64,000 nt of DNA from assembly GCA_951406725.2 (NCBI GenBank), contig OX597828.1, positions 30,380,001-30,444,000 on the forward strand, written 5' to 3'. Positions within the stretch are counted from its first letter, which is position 1. The number at the start of each line of letters is the position of its first letter. The notes under the pieces are model-generated. The model saw only the letters and a program-made list of their open reading frames with translations. It ran no database searches and was not told the origin of the DNA. Of this stretch, positions 1-13,494 are shown piece after piece. The DNA comes from Octopus vulgaris (Eukaryota). Both the position numbers and the translations under genes were made by a program.

Positions 1-186
1 CCCGGAATTTTGTTCTTCTTTGCCGTTGATAAGCAATGTGACTGTAATTTCAAAACTCCTGCTAACATTATTTGTAAAAATAAATGTTATACTCTACTTA
101 AAAGTTTAATGTTTTGAGTAATACTTCATATAATGCTTGACATTCTATACAAAACTGTGCATAACACAAATAGTGTATGCACAAAT

Positions 187-245
187 ATGTATATATATAT
201 ATATATATACAGTATATATATATATATAATATGGCAGTAAATATT

Positions 246-288
<43 letters not shown>

Positions 289-307
289 TAAGAATACGCA
301 CACACAT

Positions 308-365
<58 letters not shown>

Positions 366-452
366 GTATGTATATATATGTATATATATATATATATATA
401 TATGCCTATATAAACACACATATATATATGTATATGTATGTAGGTATGTATG
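187..452. repeat. compound (TA)n/(CA)n microsatellite
   Basis: Direct dinucleotide runs; explains the YI/VC-repeat ORFs 126..455 and 145..345. Confidence 0.95.
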
Positions 453-839
453 CATTCCGGAGAATATCAGCTGGAATTATTCACTACATAGAGTGTTAGG
501 CATATATCAAACGGTTTTCTAATACAGATAATTACTACAAATGTAATTAAATTGATGAGGCTTTACAATTTGACATTAATAGTATCCATATTATGAATAT
601 CTTTCACCTCGCTGCATACATGTTAATTAACGTCACTGTTAATATGGTGATGCCACCAGCAGATGTCACTGATGGAAATATTTACGTTTCTATGTAGTCG
701 TGTAATATGTTTTCGACAAAGTAAAAGCTATTTATTGTTAATTGAATTGCAGCGATAAAGCCACAGGAATTTAGGTGTATATATGTGTATGTTGTGGTTG
801 CATACAGAAAAAGGATATGCATAAATATATCTGCGTTCA

Positions 840-962
840 TGTGCGTGTGTGTGTGTATGTGCATATATATGTGCGTGTGTATTTATGTACATACATATGT
901 GAAAATATATATCTAAATATATATGTATGTATGTATGTATGCACACGCACACACACACACGC

Positions 963-1005
<43 letters not shown>

Positions 1006-1065
1006 CAGTTTATGCACAAACGCACGCATGCGCATCCAACCACACACTCATACACCCACACATCC

Positions 1066-1141
<76 letters not shown>
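840..1141. repeat. compound (TG)n/(TATG)n/(CA)n/(TA)n microsatellite
   Basis: Direct repeats including a long pure (TA)n run at ~1070-1141. Confidence 0.95.
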
Positions 1142-1143
<2 letters not shown>

Positions 1144-1493
1144 ATACGTTGAATTATCTAGAACGAATGAGAGAGGAATGAAGAAATATGTTGTTAGGAA
1201 TTCGGATAATTGCACGGAGAACTGATCTTGGCGTTGCTAATAATGCGCAGCCATGCGTTGAAGCTGCACATGTCTACCGTTCTCCAGATGTTTGTTTCTG
1301 TTGGTCAGACACATATTCGCACACCTCTTATCTTTGATAGAATACTATCCTGGTTCAAGCATAGACATATCATGTCGTCTGGTAACTAGAGTGTGGTCAA
1401 CCGCTCACAATGTTTTGTCGGGTTCTTTGATCAGTGGAAGTTCCAGTAAGACGTTCCATACCTTTTTTATGCCGAGACAATGCGTGTTCTGCG

Positions 1494-2770
1494 TGGTAGT
1501 ATCAAACAGTTTCCAGACTAGTTCTGTAGCGCGCCAATAGATGGCAGCGCACCGTTGCGCGTGCAAAGAGAGCTACCAGTGACCTTACTGGGGGATTGTG
1601 CCGAGTGACATCAGTGTGTTTAGCTCGCAAGTTGAGAAATTTGTGTGCTTGTGATCATATGTCTGCGATTTTATCTTCGACAGATATTTTGAACAAGGAG
1701 CCAACATGAAATGTTGCGTTAAACGTAGAAAGTCTGCCACAGAGACATTAAGCATGCTTCTGCAAACTTACATCGACAAGGCAATGAATCGTACACACCG
1801 TTTCCAGTTGCACAGGCGCTTGAAAAGCGAAAGAACGACTCTAGAAGACGATGAACAATCTGGAAGATCTGCCAAAAACATCAGACCTGGTAATGTGGAC
1901 AAAAATTATCTTGCGCATGAGGATCTTTGGATGACAATCAACGATATTATTTATGCTGTTCGTCTGTGGTTTGAGTTCGTGCAGACAATCCTAACGTCTG
2001 AATTGAACAGTCTGCGTGTCTCTACCAAGTATTTCCTTCGTCAGCTGGTCACTGGACAGAAAGAACATCGCATTGATGTCGGTCAAGATTTCTGTCAGTT
2101 CGCTACTGATGACCCATCTCTCATGTTGAGGATCATCACCGGTGGTGTGTGTCGGGTCTGCGGGTACGACCTTGAGACGAAGCAGTAGTCCTCACAATGG
2201 AAATGCCCTTCATCTCCACGACCGAAACGTGCACGACAGAGCCGCAGCTCAATCAAGAGTATACACATTTTTCCCCCGACATTCGAAGTATTTTGCATTG
2301 AGAATTCGTCTCGCAGGGCCAGGCTGTCAATGGAGAGTTCTACTGCAACGTTTGGAAGCGTTCGAGGGAGGACATTCGGTGAAAACGATAGGATCTGTGG
2401 AGCGCGAAGAATCAGATTCTTCATGACGTAAATGCACCTTGTCATCGAGTTCTCTTCCCTCGTGAGTTTCTTGTAATATGGTATCGCTTCCATACTCACT
2501 CTATTCGCCAGAGGTAGCACCTACTTACTTCTATCTCTTCCCCAAGATGACAATGCAGCTCAAGGCTCGCTGTTTTAACACAGTTGTTGAGATCAAGAGC
2601 GAATCGCTTACGTGAAACGACATCTAGCTTGATTCCAAATGTTGCAAGAACGCTGGGACCGGTGTTTTTCAGTGCAAGGTGACTAATTCGAAAGAGCTGA
2701 TGCTAATACTTAGGTAAATAAGTTATTCTTTATTAAACATAACTAATCCGGGCACCTTTTCATACCGCCT
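1494..2770 (+). mobile_element. full-length decayed mariner (DD34D-type) DNA transposon, ~1.28 kb
   Basis: Degenerate 30-bp TIRs at 1494-1523 (TGGTAGTATCAAACAGTTTCCAGACTAGTT) and 2741-2770 (reverse complement AGGCGGTATGAAAAGGTGCCCGGATTAGTT), ~20/30 identical, enclosing a transposase pseudogene; size typical of mariner. Confidence 0.88.
1706..2700 (+). pseudogene. mariner transposase pseudogene (stops and frameshifts)
   Basis: N-terminal KSATET...LEDDEQSGR, then IITGGVCRVCGYDLETKQ*SSQW (IITGDExWVYGYDPETKQQSSQW-like), YSPEVAPTYFYLFPKM (YSPDLAP motif, ~2502-2550) and FQMLQERWDRCFSVQGD*FE at the C-terminus. Confidence 0.9.
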
Positions 2771-2984
2771 TGAACTCTAGGGAATCCTGGACATCGTAGA
2801 GAATCTAATCTCTGTTATGATCCAGATTTCAGGCTAATATCCTGAAAACTCTTCTCTAACAGCGATAACGCGTGAATTGGAGGGTAGAGTTATATCTTAC
2901 AATCATGATTTTTCATCGTCGCTAACACGCGCGACAATCCGAGGTCAAATGGCCTAAAATGTGCGACAAAAATGTTTTTGCACT

Positions 2985-4050
2985 CACTTTTCCAATGATC
3001 GTATAATTTGACTTGCGGAGTTATGTAGACAATCAACTGTCATATGTGGAACGGTTTATATATATGAAGATAGCAAATGGAGGAAGGGGACTGATAAATG
3101 TGGAAGACTGCGTACGTATCGACTTGAAATCATAGGGCTACATACCTAGCCCTAAGTAAGGAAACCTTGTTGGTGTCTGGAACGAAGGAATATTGAAAGC
3201 AGAGAAAAAGGGAAAACAAAGGAAGAAGTACAAAAATAATTACGCAAGGAGGAACTACACAATCAATCCGTGTAGCCACAACAAAAGTTGCTGAAAAAAT
3301 AGATGGGATTGGCTGATGAAAGGAATCCTTACAAAAGTGACCTAGCGCACTATACCGACGGTGCAAACCAAGCGTTGGTCGTCATCTAGAGGGTCAACCT
3401 TAGGAAATATAAGTGTCTCCACCTTGCCGCGTCTGCAATAGGGCGGAAGAAATCATTGCCTACATCAGAAACGAATGCCCTAGTCTTTCCCCAAACCACT
3501 GCAAGATGTGAAGATACAAGTAGGTAGCGAAAGTGCTACACTTGTAATTGCGCGACAAGTGGGGGCTATAGAGAGGCAAGACGTGGTATGAGTACAAACC
3601 ACAGTGTGGCGAAGTCGAAGACTAGCAAAACCTCTGGGATTTCCCGATCTAAACAGATCAGTTGTTAGAGCATAATAGACCGGACCTAATGGTGGTGGGC
3701 AAGATACAATACATATGTTATGTAGTTGATATTGCGTATTCCTTTGGCCTAGTAATAGCCAAGAAGAAAGGCGAAAAGGTAGATAGATACAACCCTCTTA
3801 AGTACGAAATAGTTGGCTATGGAAAGAGAAGGTGAAGATACAGCCAATTATTGCTGGGTCCTTGGTAATCTAAAGGAAATTGGAATAGAGTGTCCAGTAG
3901 GATATTTCGAAAGTGTTGCCTCCTTGGAACGGTCAGAATAATCAGGGAAGTATTAGATAGATGAAAAGATCGAATAGCATGGTACCGTAGGCTGTAGTTA
4001 GTAACTCCGCCACGCATGCAAGACTACAGGAGCTCCAATAAAACCTGTGA
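2985..4050 (+). mobile_element. 3' part of an R4/Dong-like non-LTR retrotransposon (zinc knuckle + restriction-like endonuclease), decayed
   Basis: Translated by eye: GGRGLINVEDCV (~3079), CRVCNRAEEIIAYIRNEC (CCHC-like, ~3425), LWDFPI*TDQLLEHNRPDLMVVGK...VVDIAY...EKVDRYNPL (REL PD..D motif, ~3632-3800), KCCLLGTVRIIREVLD (C-terminus, ~3911-3958). Confidence 0.85.
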
Positions 4051-4124
4051 TAAAGAGAAAACAAGTATAGTATCATTACTAGCACTATTATTTGCAGTAG
4101 TTATAGTAATATACTACAGCTCTA

Positions 4125-4335
4125 AAGCGATGAGATGGCAAAATTGTTACGTCACACGATATGTCTTGCGGCATTTCGTCTGTTTTCGCGTTCTGAGATA
4201 AAATTCCGCCCACGTTGACTTTACCTTATATTGCTTCGTGTCGATAAAATAAATACCAGCTGGGTACTGAGGTCGATGTGATCGATTTAAGCCCTTCCCC
4301 AAAATTGCTGGCCGTGAGCAAAAATATGAAAGCAG
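4125..4335 (+). mobile_element. SINE group A copy (old, short-tail form)
   Basis: Degenerate match to the family at 13495-13890: ..GGCATTTCGTCTG..AAATTCCGCC..GTCGATAAAATAAATACCAG..GGTCGATGTGATCGA..CCCCAAAATTGCTGGCC. Confidence 0.8.
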
Positions 4336-4399
4336 TATACTATAGAATTAAACATAGTAATATAGTACAGGTTTTCATGCTGATTCTTTTAATCAAGTA

Positions 4400-4860
4400 G
4401 TGAATGTCATATGTTGCTGATCAAGGACAACTACCTTACATGCAAGGCACTAGTCTCGTGAATAAGTAAGGAGCCTAAAATACATGTGGGAATCAAGATT
4501 TCCAAGGCCAAAATTTGAGTACGTGCTTCTTTATAGTTCCAAGACTAAATTGTCTTTTCGTTATATACACTGGGCTTTTTATGAAGAGAGAAAGGATATC
4601 TTCGAGCGTGAGCATTAGACCATAAAAGAGATTTATGAGTGTACCCTTCACATCTCTACTATTATTGCTAAACGCAGGCTGGAATAGTCTATTCATTGCC
4701 AGAGCGCTGACGAAAAGGTCATAATATATATTATACTTGGGAAGACTCTGACAATTATAGAGGAAAACGTCTATTCACCTACATTGCAAAAACACGATAC
4801 TTGGAATTTAGACTCTATCGAAGTGATTGCGAGACAAAGGTTTCTGGTCCACCATTTTCA
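4400..4860 (+). mobile_element. RTE-like LINE fragment (post-RT region), highly decayed
   Basis: KFEYVLLYSSKT resembles VESVLLYGxET; EH*TIKEIYECTLHISTIIAKRRLE*SIHCQSADEKVI resembles the RTE-type HxTxxELYxxLPxISxxIxxRRLxFAGHCxRxxDE motif. Confidence 0.55.
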
Positions 4861-6936
4861 AGTAAATGGATGATATTTTGAGGTTTTAGGCAGAATCCTC
4901 TTTGCAAATTTTAGAACAGTAATACTTAATATTGGTACCTGTCACGGTGTTGATGATAATGAGGATGCTTTAATTCTATTAACCACTAAACATGCTGTGA
5001 CACATGTATATATATTTCCACTTATAACACACACACACACACATACACTCACACACACACATACATATATGTATATGGTTCTACGCATATATGTCTATAT
5101 ACATATATGCATAATAAATACACACACATGAACGTGTGCTTTTATATATCTACATTCGTGTGTAAGACAGCCTATAACATCAGATAAATTCATTGCTTTT
5201 TTTAATATATATATAAAAAAACATCTCATATTCTAAGTGAATTGTTGTTGGAAAAAAGCTAAACTTGTCTGAGTCTGTGTTTCGATAAAATATTTTGTAC
5301 GTATAAACAATTGTCGTTTATATAATCTGATATGCTGGAAATTGAAAATTTATTAAAACATTGATACAAATAAAATTACACGAAACCAACAGAACATTTT
5401 CCAATTTGCAGTATATTTTGTAGATGTTGCGTAAAGGGATTTGTATGTTACATTTCTTGACCCTTTTGCGCCGTGTACAATAGGTTAATTTTCTGAGATC
5501 TCTCCATTGCGATGTTAACGTCTTTCATTACATTTACGAGATTACACATTATTATGAAGCGTTATTTCCATATACGATGTTTCCTTGCATACCTTTATCT
5601 ACTTATATTTGTTGTTTCCAGCTAGCTGGTTCGTATATTTTGACGTTTTAAATGACCCTTTTCAGAAATCTTCACTTCAGATCTATTTTCAGGATTCGTT
5701 TATTAATGTCTTGATAATCTTCTGTCTGTCTATGTCGGTATGTCATCGTTCTAACCGTGATGTAAACATAACCACCAAGAATTAATTTCCTGGCACGGCC
5801 ATGTTAGGATTATATCAAACACTACGAATATCTTTCTTTTACATTTTGACATGTTTTTTTTTTATTGAAGTTTAGCTACTATATTTCATTTACAAGTCAA
5901 TTTACAAGAGAATTTCAAGTATCAGCTTCTGGTCATTGAATAAATTTACGTAAGTTCTATCTTTGTGGGAGAAACTTCTTCACAACCAAATCAAAATGAT
6001 TGTCTGTGAAAATACGTATGAAATATATGCTTCCGTTGAAGTATTTGAGTCTTTCACTGATTTTGTTGCTTAGAATTTTTACCATACATTGAGATACTAC
6101 TCGATCAAGGGCATCGAGACACTTAAATAGATCGCAAATTTAGCAGGTATATTGCATTGTCTTATCTAATATCCATGCCATATGATGAGAGGAAAACTGA
6201 ATCTATGAAAGTTTGGTGAATGGATTAATTTCGGAAGTATAAACCATCAATTAAATCTTCCTCGATTGATCGATTTCTCTTATCGATTATTATATAGTGT
6301 GGTTCGAGCAGTCATTATATTTATTTGTAGACTCCTTAAAACTTGTTAATATGCTGACGTTAAACTTCATGTTCAGTACCTTATACCTGAGAAGAAACGG
6401 GTACATCATCAAAGTATTTCTCTATTTAATGCCGATCCTTCTCATATTGACAAAGGTCACAAAAATTATACGAACTCACATTGTGGCAAATTTGTATTCT
6501 GGCTTATATATTTATACGATTGCGCCAAGGGAATATATCAATAAAATGAATCACATTAAGAATCACAATTTCATATATGATAAAAACATCTCTCGAAATC
6601 TCTCTGTTATAATTTAATATTTTTTTTTTAAAGTTGCAAGCATTTCAGTTATTCTTTGTCTTCTTTATTATGTGCGCTATATTTCTATTCAAGTGATTGT
6701 AATTCCTGTGTGAAAAAAAAAGAAAGAAAACAGATTTGCACGTAGAAACGTGACTTCAGACAGTATTCGCTTTCAATTGTATTGAAGTTTCATTTTAATC
6801 CAAGTCACGTATGTACATATCAAAGATACTTGGCCACAATTCTGCTAGTGTCAAATCTAGAAAATTAAGGAAACAGGTATTGAATAAATATGTTTCGTAT
6901 TGCTACCATATATGAAAAATTTCTTATATAGATATA

Positions 6937-6937
<1 letters not shown>

Positions 6938-6968
<31 letters not shown>

Positions 6969-7054
6969 CACACACACACATATATACATATATATACACA
7001 CATACATGTATACATACATATATACATACATACACACATACATACATACACACA

Positions 7055-7088
<34 letters not shown>

Positions 7089-7111
7089 CGTACATATATA
7101 CACATATACAT

Positions 7112-7163
<52 letters not shown>

Positions 7164-7190
7164 ATGTATATGTATATATGCATATATATG
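6938..7190. repeat. compound (TA)n/(CA)n/(TACA)n/(TG)n microsatellite
   Basis: Direct repeats. Confidence 0.95.
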
Positions 7191-8111
7191 TCTATGATTA
7201 TATGTATGACAAAAATCTTGGTAAAATTTCATTAATTCTCAGGTGAATTTTCACACAATTTTATTCAATGTAATATTGATTTCTGGTATTCGAACTAAAC
7301 AAAATATATGTAGGCGATGTATATAGTAGAATAGCCGTTAGCTACATCCATAGCAAATAAATATTGAATTTAGCTGAGGAATGACAAATTCAACACGGAG
7401 AGACTGTCACTTATTTCCAAAGTGAAAATGAAATATTGAATACTACGCAATCATTTTTCTTCAGTGGAGGCTCCTTTAGTAGGTATATATTCATTCACTA
7501 CTTCAGCGATAGATACTCACAGAAAGGTAAATATATGGGATGTAAATTGAAATCTAGACTATGCGTTAAATCGCATGTTTAGTAAAAAGTGTTTGGCGTT
7601 TCCGAAAGACATGTTTCTCGATGTAAGAAAAGAGTGAGAAAGAGGCGTACGATAGTTATTAAAAATATTTCCCTCACACAAACCGTAATATTCCCATTTC
7701 TCCACAACCAGACAAATAGTATACAAACTGAGCCAAGTAAACTGTCTGTAGTGTCTAAATTTCTGACGTTGGAGGCAATCGTGAGTTGAACTTCATGTTT
7801 TACTTCCAAAATTTATCTAGATTTCTACCTTCTTGAATAGGCATAACGAATTTACTATTTTTCATGACATTTTGAGTTTCTTCCTAATTATCAGCTGAAA
7901 ATACATGTGTTACTGTAACTTCGGTAAAATTTGATCATCTTATCTAAGAAGTGTTATCTATGCGCCTACTAAGTATTTGCTGATGCCATTTAAGTGGCAA
8001 TTATTTCCAATATGCCGACATTGGAAATATTTAAACTGCGTTAGCAGAAGAGAAACAATGATTATGTGGATTAAAGCAATATTGTTTGGCATAGCTGTCA
8101 TTATTTTATAT

Positions 8112-8270
8112 GCATATACATACATACATACATACATACACACATACATACATACACGCATACATATATACATGCATACATACATACATACATATATACA
8201 TACATGCATGGATGCATGCACATATACATACATACATACATACATACACGCATACATAAACACACACTAT
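8112..8270. repeat. (TACA)n tetranucleotide microsatellite
   Basis: Direct repeats. Confidence 0.9.
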
Positions 8271-8958
8271 GTCAGGTACACAAAAACATATCTAAATATA
8301 TTTGTATGCTGATGGCTTATGTATACATAGATATTCGTTTCTATCTATCTTTATATATCAATATATATGCATATATATGCGCGTATTGACATATATATAT
8401 ATGTAAATGTATATATGTATATATATATGAGAGTGTGCGTGTGTGTGTATGTGTGTGTGTGTATTCACACATATCATAAACATTGGAGCACACCGAACTA
8501 TAATTAAGATGACATTTAGAACTAATAGAAGTAAGTTAAATATAAATTCAGTTTGAAGGAATATTCTGTACTCAAAGCGGAGGAGAAAATATTATTTTTA
8601 TCATTTCGTGAAACTGCAACTAGCTACAAATAGCGAAAACAGTGTACTCTACGTATTTAGAAAGTTCCTCTAGTTTCGTATAAAATAATATTCATAAAAC
8701 TGAGTCTTACATCTTATGCCCAGTAATAATCTCTCTCAAATTTTATTTACGCTGTCTTCTTTTAGTACTTTCCTAACAGAAATATCCATTTAGAAAGTAG
8801 AATAGTTCTTTTATGTAAATATAAAGCGAAACAGATCTTTTGTCTTTTGGAAAATCGGTTTAACGAAGTAGAATGGGTAACTGGATTTAAGTACCTCCCA
8901 TTACTTCCACACACGCACACACACACATACACACACACTCACACACACAGACAACCCC

Positions 8959-9006
<48 letters not shown>

Positions 9007-11214
9007 AACATGCGTATACTCTTACACGCTCTTGCTTGTGTTTTCATACACACATATACACGTATACAGATATACAAGCACAAGCACAAACACAAACACT
9101 GCAATAAAGGTAAATTAGAAGCTTCCATATGCTTGTTATCTCTATTTATTTATCTATCTTTAAAATTTCGACAGGGTTAACCTCGGTTAAAATGGGTTAA
9201 CCGAAAAGACACCTCCCGAGTTTTAACGGATGTGACAACATTATCTTGGCTACAACCTGCTTCCTTGCACTCCTCCACTAGTTGTGGCAGGGAAATAATT
9301 AAGATAATTATAGACTGTGTATATAATAGTAACAACATTTTTAGTTTTAGTTTTCTCTGCTGAGACTGTTTAAAAAGATGATGTAGTAAAATTGTATCAG
9401 TTTAGGATCAAGGTAAGTAGTCACACACCTGGTTCGATATGAAGGCAAATTCGACCGCGGTGGGTTTTCAACAAGGAGCTTGAATAATCGGAAGAACTGT
9501 CTTCGTGTATCTCTTACAGTTCTTTACACAAAGGCATTACCCCAGTGACGCTGTTACGATAATACGAGAACTCCACCCTCTGGATTTACAATTGATATTT
9601 AAATTATTTAAACTCCTTCCAAAACCTTACACCACAAATCCATTTCTAAGAGGGATCTCATATTTACGGTTCTTTGCCAAACAAGGCATGATGGTACTGA
9701 AACGCGTTAGACATGAAAAGTAATCATTATGGCAGTATTTTTCAGTTACGTATATGGTATTTTATACAATATATCATTTATTTAGATGGTGTAAGCGAAC
9801 GGTTACTTTGCTTCACAATGGTGATGTTCTTCGTTTCATGAGATTGTGCAGCATGTTCAGCAGGTGACGTTACAATAAAGCCTCTTATCGATCCAAATGT
9901 TCCGATTTAAATAGGATAAACGGAAATTATTGGGAAGTCTTCTGTGTATCGAGTATCTGAACTGCAATGGATCAACCTAATCGCACATTGTATCAGGTCT
10001 ATTGTTCTTGACAGAGTAGTTACCGGTAGACAGCTCAATGAAATACTTGGATAGTGACACGCTAACTCAACTAGTGAGTCGAATGATCGATCAAAGAAAT
10101 GAGACAATCATCGTCCTAGCTGATATCTATCTATTGATTTCTAAAGACAACTTATTATTGAAAGTAAGTGGAAGAAATTGTTTAACCTTGTAACGTAGCG
10201 CACAGATATATTAATTTATGTTGCATAAACAGTACTTCTAAAAGTTCAAAATACTTTAGTATATATCTATTGGACAAACAGGGAAAATGAATACTGCCAT
10301 TCTATATACGGCTGTTGGTTTGACATTTTAAACGAGATTGTCCCTCCCGATAACAAAGACGTATTTGTTTAACACGTATCTGTAATGCATGACTTCAGTA
10401 TTTCATTTAACACACAGACACGCACAAATGTATACATCTATATTTGTGTGTGTGTGTGTGTGTTTCTGAGTGAAGGTGAGAGAGAGAGAGAGAGAGGGAA
10501 AGAAAAAGAGAGAATTGGTGGTGGCAGTGCTCGTGTATGTATGTGAATATGTGTATGCGTTTGTATTTGAAAGAGTGCAACTACTGTTTTTATATGTGGA
10601 TTTTTTTGTTATTGTAATGTCGTTACTATACTTCCCGGAGCGCTAACAGATAGTTAACACGGTTTACAGCAAATAAACAATGTTTCTATTCTACAGGTGC
10701 TATTTAATTCATTCCAATATTTTCATGTTATTTCATATAATTGCTACCGTAATAGGGAACGCAGATATTTCAGAAATAAAATATCAAATTTTCTGACAAT
10801 TAATGTTGCACAACTATTTTATATAATTGCGAAAATGGAAGTAAAACTCCAAGACAAATAATCATAGTTAAACGCGTTATAATTATAATGAAAATTACAC
10901 ATGTGGCCCGAGTTCACCCTGCTGTTTCTCTTCTCATTTTTTTTTTAAGGGAAGGAAATGTATAAAATGATGTAGTGTTGCCGTATTAAAACAAAGTAAT
11001 TGTAAGTGAAGCTGGTCTTGGTTCAAATCCGAACAAGCTTAACCATCCATAAATTGATTTCTGACATTCAAAAAATATCGAAAATTGCATTTTACAGTCA
11101 CATATGGGAATATTTAATTGCTGTTTTTTAGATACAGATATATTGTGGGAAAACAAATCATTGTCTCATAGAATTTATTCGTGTCATAAAATAACAACAA
11201 CAACAATAAAATAA

Positions 11215-11418
11215 GAGAATTAGACCGAAGCCAGACAATGAAATACTTAGCAATCAATAAAACAAGATACGATACAACACACAAATTAAAAGAGAAATAC
11301 TATAGATGATATATATTAATATTGAAAACAGAGCTCAATGCGAAAAGCAAGATAATAGGTATCAACACTCTAGCTGTTCCGGTTATAATTTACAGCTACA
11401 GTATTCTTAACTGAACTA
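11215..11418 (+). mobile_element. R4/Dong-like LINE fragment (post-RT region)
   Basis: ILKTELNAKSKIIGINTLAVPVIIYSYSILN*T resembles the LNxKNKIxAINTxAVPVxxYSxGIxxW motif of REL-type non-LTR elements. Confidence 0.7.
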
Positions 11419-11532
11419 AGGCGGTTAGCTGGCAGAAACGTTAGCACGCCGAGCGAAATGCTTAGTGGTATTTCGTCTGCCGCTGCGTTCTGTGTTCAAA
11501 TGCCGCCGAGGTTGACTTTGCCTTTCATCCTT
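11419..11532 (+). mobile_element. SINE group A, 5' half
   Basis: GGCGGTTAGCTGGCAGAAACGTTAGCACGCCGAGCGAAATGCTTAGTGGTATTTCGTCTGCCG..GTTCAAATGCCGCCGAGGTTGACTTTGCCTTTCATCC; truncated where LINE sequence begins. Confidence 0.9.
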
Positions 11533-12115
11533 ACCTAACAACTTCCGATGGACTACCTTGCTAACACCGTTTCTGAATGCTTGACACGTCGGGAAAGCCG
11601 CGTTCAGCTTCCAGTATCGCGAGCCATGCTTATGGATCCTATCAAGGTCGATAGTACACATCACAAATTTGTGGGCTGTGAAGCCGAAAACTTTTAACTA
11701 AGGACAACCTATACCAATTCGATCTGCTGGTCTACAGAATATCCTATCTAGATACGCTCTGGAAGGCTCGGTGCTGTTTTCCCATCTCCATATTTGCACA
11801 TTCGGGAAATCTAGTCGTTATTTCTTAGTCTGTTGGAAATGACTGAGCTGGTTTGCGAAACTTTTACACTTCTCTATCCATTTGTTAGTCCCACGTTATC
11901 CAGGCGTGCATCAAAAATGGCGTTCCAGCCTCCCAATAGCATTAAAGAGCCTGACGTCTCACAAGTACCCTCCAGACGTCTGAAGAAATCTCACTGCCCT
12001 GCCACAGTTGGAGCATACACAATGACTAAGCCAAACGCACTACAGTCGATTTTGATTGATCCAAATTGATCACGGCCTCAGCCCTACCAGCTTCCCTACT
12101 AATCGCCACTATAAT
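11533..12115 (-). mobile_element. Tx1/L1-like LINE APE-endonuclease fragment
   Basis: Minus strand: LVIVYAPTVAGQ*DFFRRLE..LLGGWNAIFDARLD..YLDRIF..AHKFVMCTIDL..GSRYWKLN (VYAP, GDWN, LDR, SDH and YWKLN motifs); homologous to 44250-44590. Confidence 0.85.
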
Positions 12116-12134
12116 GAAAGGCATGATATGGAGG

Positions 12135-12300
12135 TTATTGTGGATACATATAGCTAGAAATCGCATGTCCGTGTGTCACCAGTTTACTGACAAACAGCGC
12201 TAAACACTTGGCCACAATCTTGTAATCTGCTTTCAACAAAGTTACGTGTCTAAAATTATCTATTTGGTACCCCCCACACTCGGTTCCTTTCTCAGCAGAA
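12135..12300 (-). mobile_element. Tx1/L1-like LINE RT N-terminal fragment
   Basis: IDNFRHVTLLKADYKIVAKCLA matches the NxRPITLLNxDYKIxAKxLA RT motif. Confidence 0.8.
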
Positions 12301-12809
12301 CCACCACGGCGATGCATACGTATGATTAAATTCGATAACAAACTAAAAGCATTGATTATGCTACGGAGTACCAGCGAATATATTGTCATATATTGGCGGT
12401 TCGAGTGTTTTAACACCCAACGTAATGAAGGAATCGTTCCCCCTGGCGCTATGTGACAGCGACCCGGCGAAGTAGCAAAACATATACATTGAGTATGTGC
12501 AGTCGATAATTTTTACATCACTGGCGCTGCTTTTAATTTGTCTTACGTAAGAATCGCTGTCGAATATCAGCAAATTGCTTTTACAACATTTATGTAATCA
12601 CGGTTGAGCGATTCGGCCCCGGTTCCATTCAGCTAGGAGATAGTAATAAGCCCCAAAGATGGCGAAATATCGGTATCCGTCACTCCTCGATGGCATCGGA
12701 GCCGAATTGTCTCGCTTTTGTATGACTTTCAGTTGTTCTAACCACAGATATAAGCGAGTTCCGTCGCTATACTGCACTAAATAGATAAAACACGTAATTG
12801 ATGTGTGAT

Positions 12810-13295
12810 GTAGTGAGTTCGATTCACTAACTGGGCTATGTGTTGTGTCCTCGAGCAAGAAACTTTATTTCACGTTGCTCCAGTTCAATCAGCTGTAGGA
12901 ATGAATTACGACGCCATTGGTGCCAAGCTGTCTCGGCCCTTTTGCTTTTCCCTTGAGGGGAAAGTGGTATGCATGGGCGACTGCTGGTCTTCTATAATCA
13001 AATTAACAATCTTACCGGGCTTGGAGCAGAACATTCTAGGTGCAATCCTAGGGATTTTTTATGCCTATATGTATGTGTGTGTATGTGTGTGTGCTGTTTC
13101 TGTGTGTCCATGTATGTGTGTTAGTCCAAAACTGCTTGACAACTGGTGTTGGTTACCTTACATCTCTGTGACTTAGCGGTCCTGTATCATAAACCCATAG
13201 AAGATAAAAAAGGTTTGGAAAATCGGAGATCAGTTGTTCGTCTAAACTCTTCAATGCGTTGCTTCCGCATGGTCAAAGTCCAATGACTGAAACAC
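12810..13295 (+). mobile_element. old tRNA-headed SINE with CORE-like centre and group-B-type tail
   Basis: B-box-like GAGTTCGATTC; TTGTGTCCTCGAGCAAGAAACTTTATTTCAC CORE-like segment; internal (TG)n; GCTTGACAACTGGTGTTGG..ACTTAGCGG..CAATGACTGAAAC tail shared with 63171-63523. Confidence 0.65.
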
Positions 13296-13494
13296 GTGAA
13301 TGTTACAAGATGAAGAAAGATATCCTTGTATATGTCTGCGTTTCTTGGAGAGTCCAGAGCATTCGTGCAAAACCAATAAATTCCAAATAATTTTTCAGCA
13401 GTATTCATTACTGGCAATGATTCTCAACACGGAAGTGCTTCTGAGTGTAAACATCACAATCAAGTTACACTATCTTGCAGAATACCCAAGTCTG

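Noticed and set aside
126-1225. ORFs rich in YI/HT/VC dipeptides (here and throughout, e.g. 6857-7246, 27111-27581, 32212-32730, 58511-58922)
   Set aside because: Translations of (TA)n, (CA)n and (TACA)n microsatellites, which lack stops in most frames; no coding evidence.
1706-2188. ORF as a host gene (GVQW3/SETMAR-like domesticated transposase)
   Set aside because: It lies between TIRs and continues into a stop- and frameshift-riddled transposase, so it is an ordinary dead mariner.
7595-7630. GAAACATGTC hammerhead-like half motif on the minus strand
   Set aside because: No CUGANGA box or stem II upstream.
9170-10110. Possible exons or coding sequence in a complex stretch
   Set aside because: No frame with a recognisable domain; stops in all frames; splice signals not convincing.
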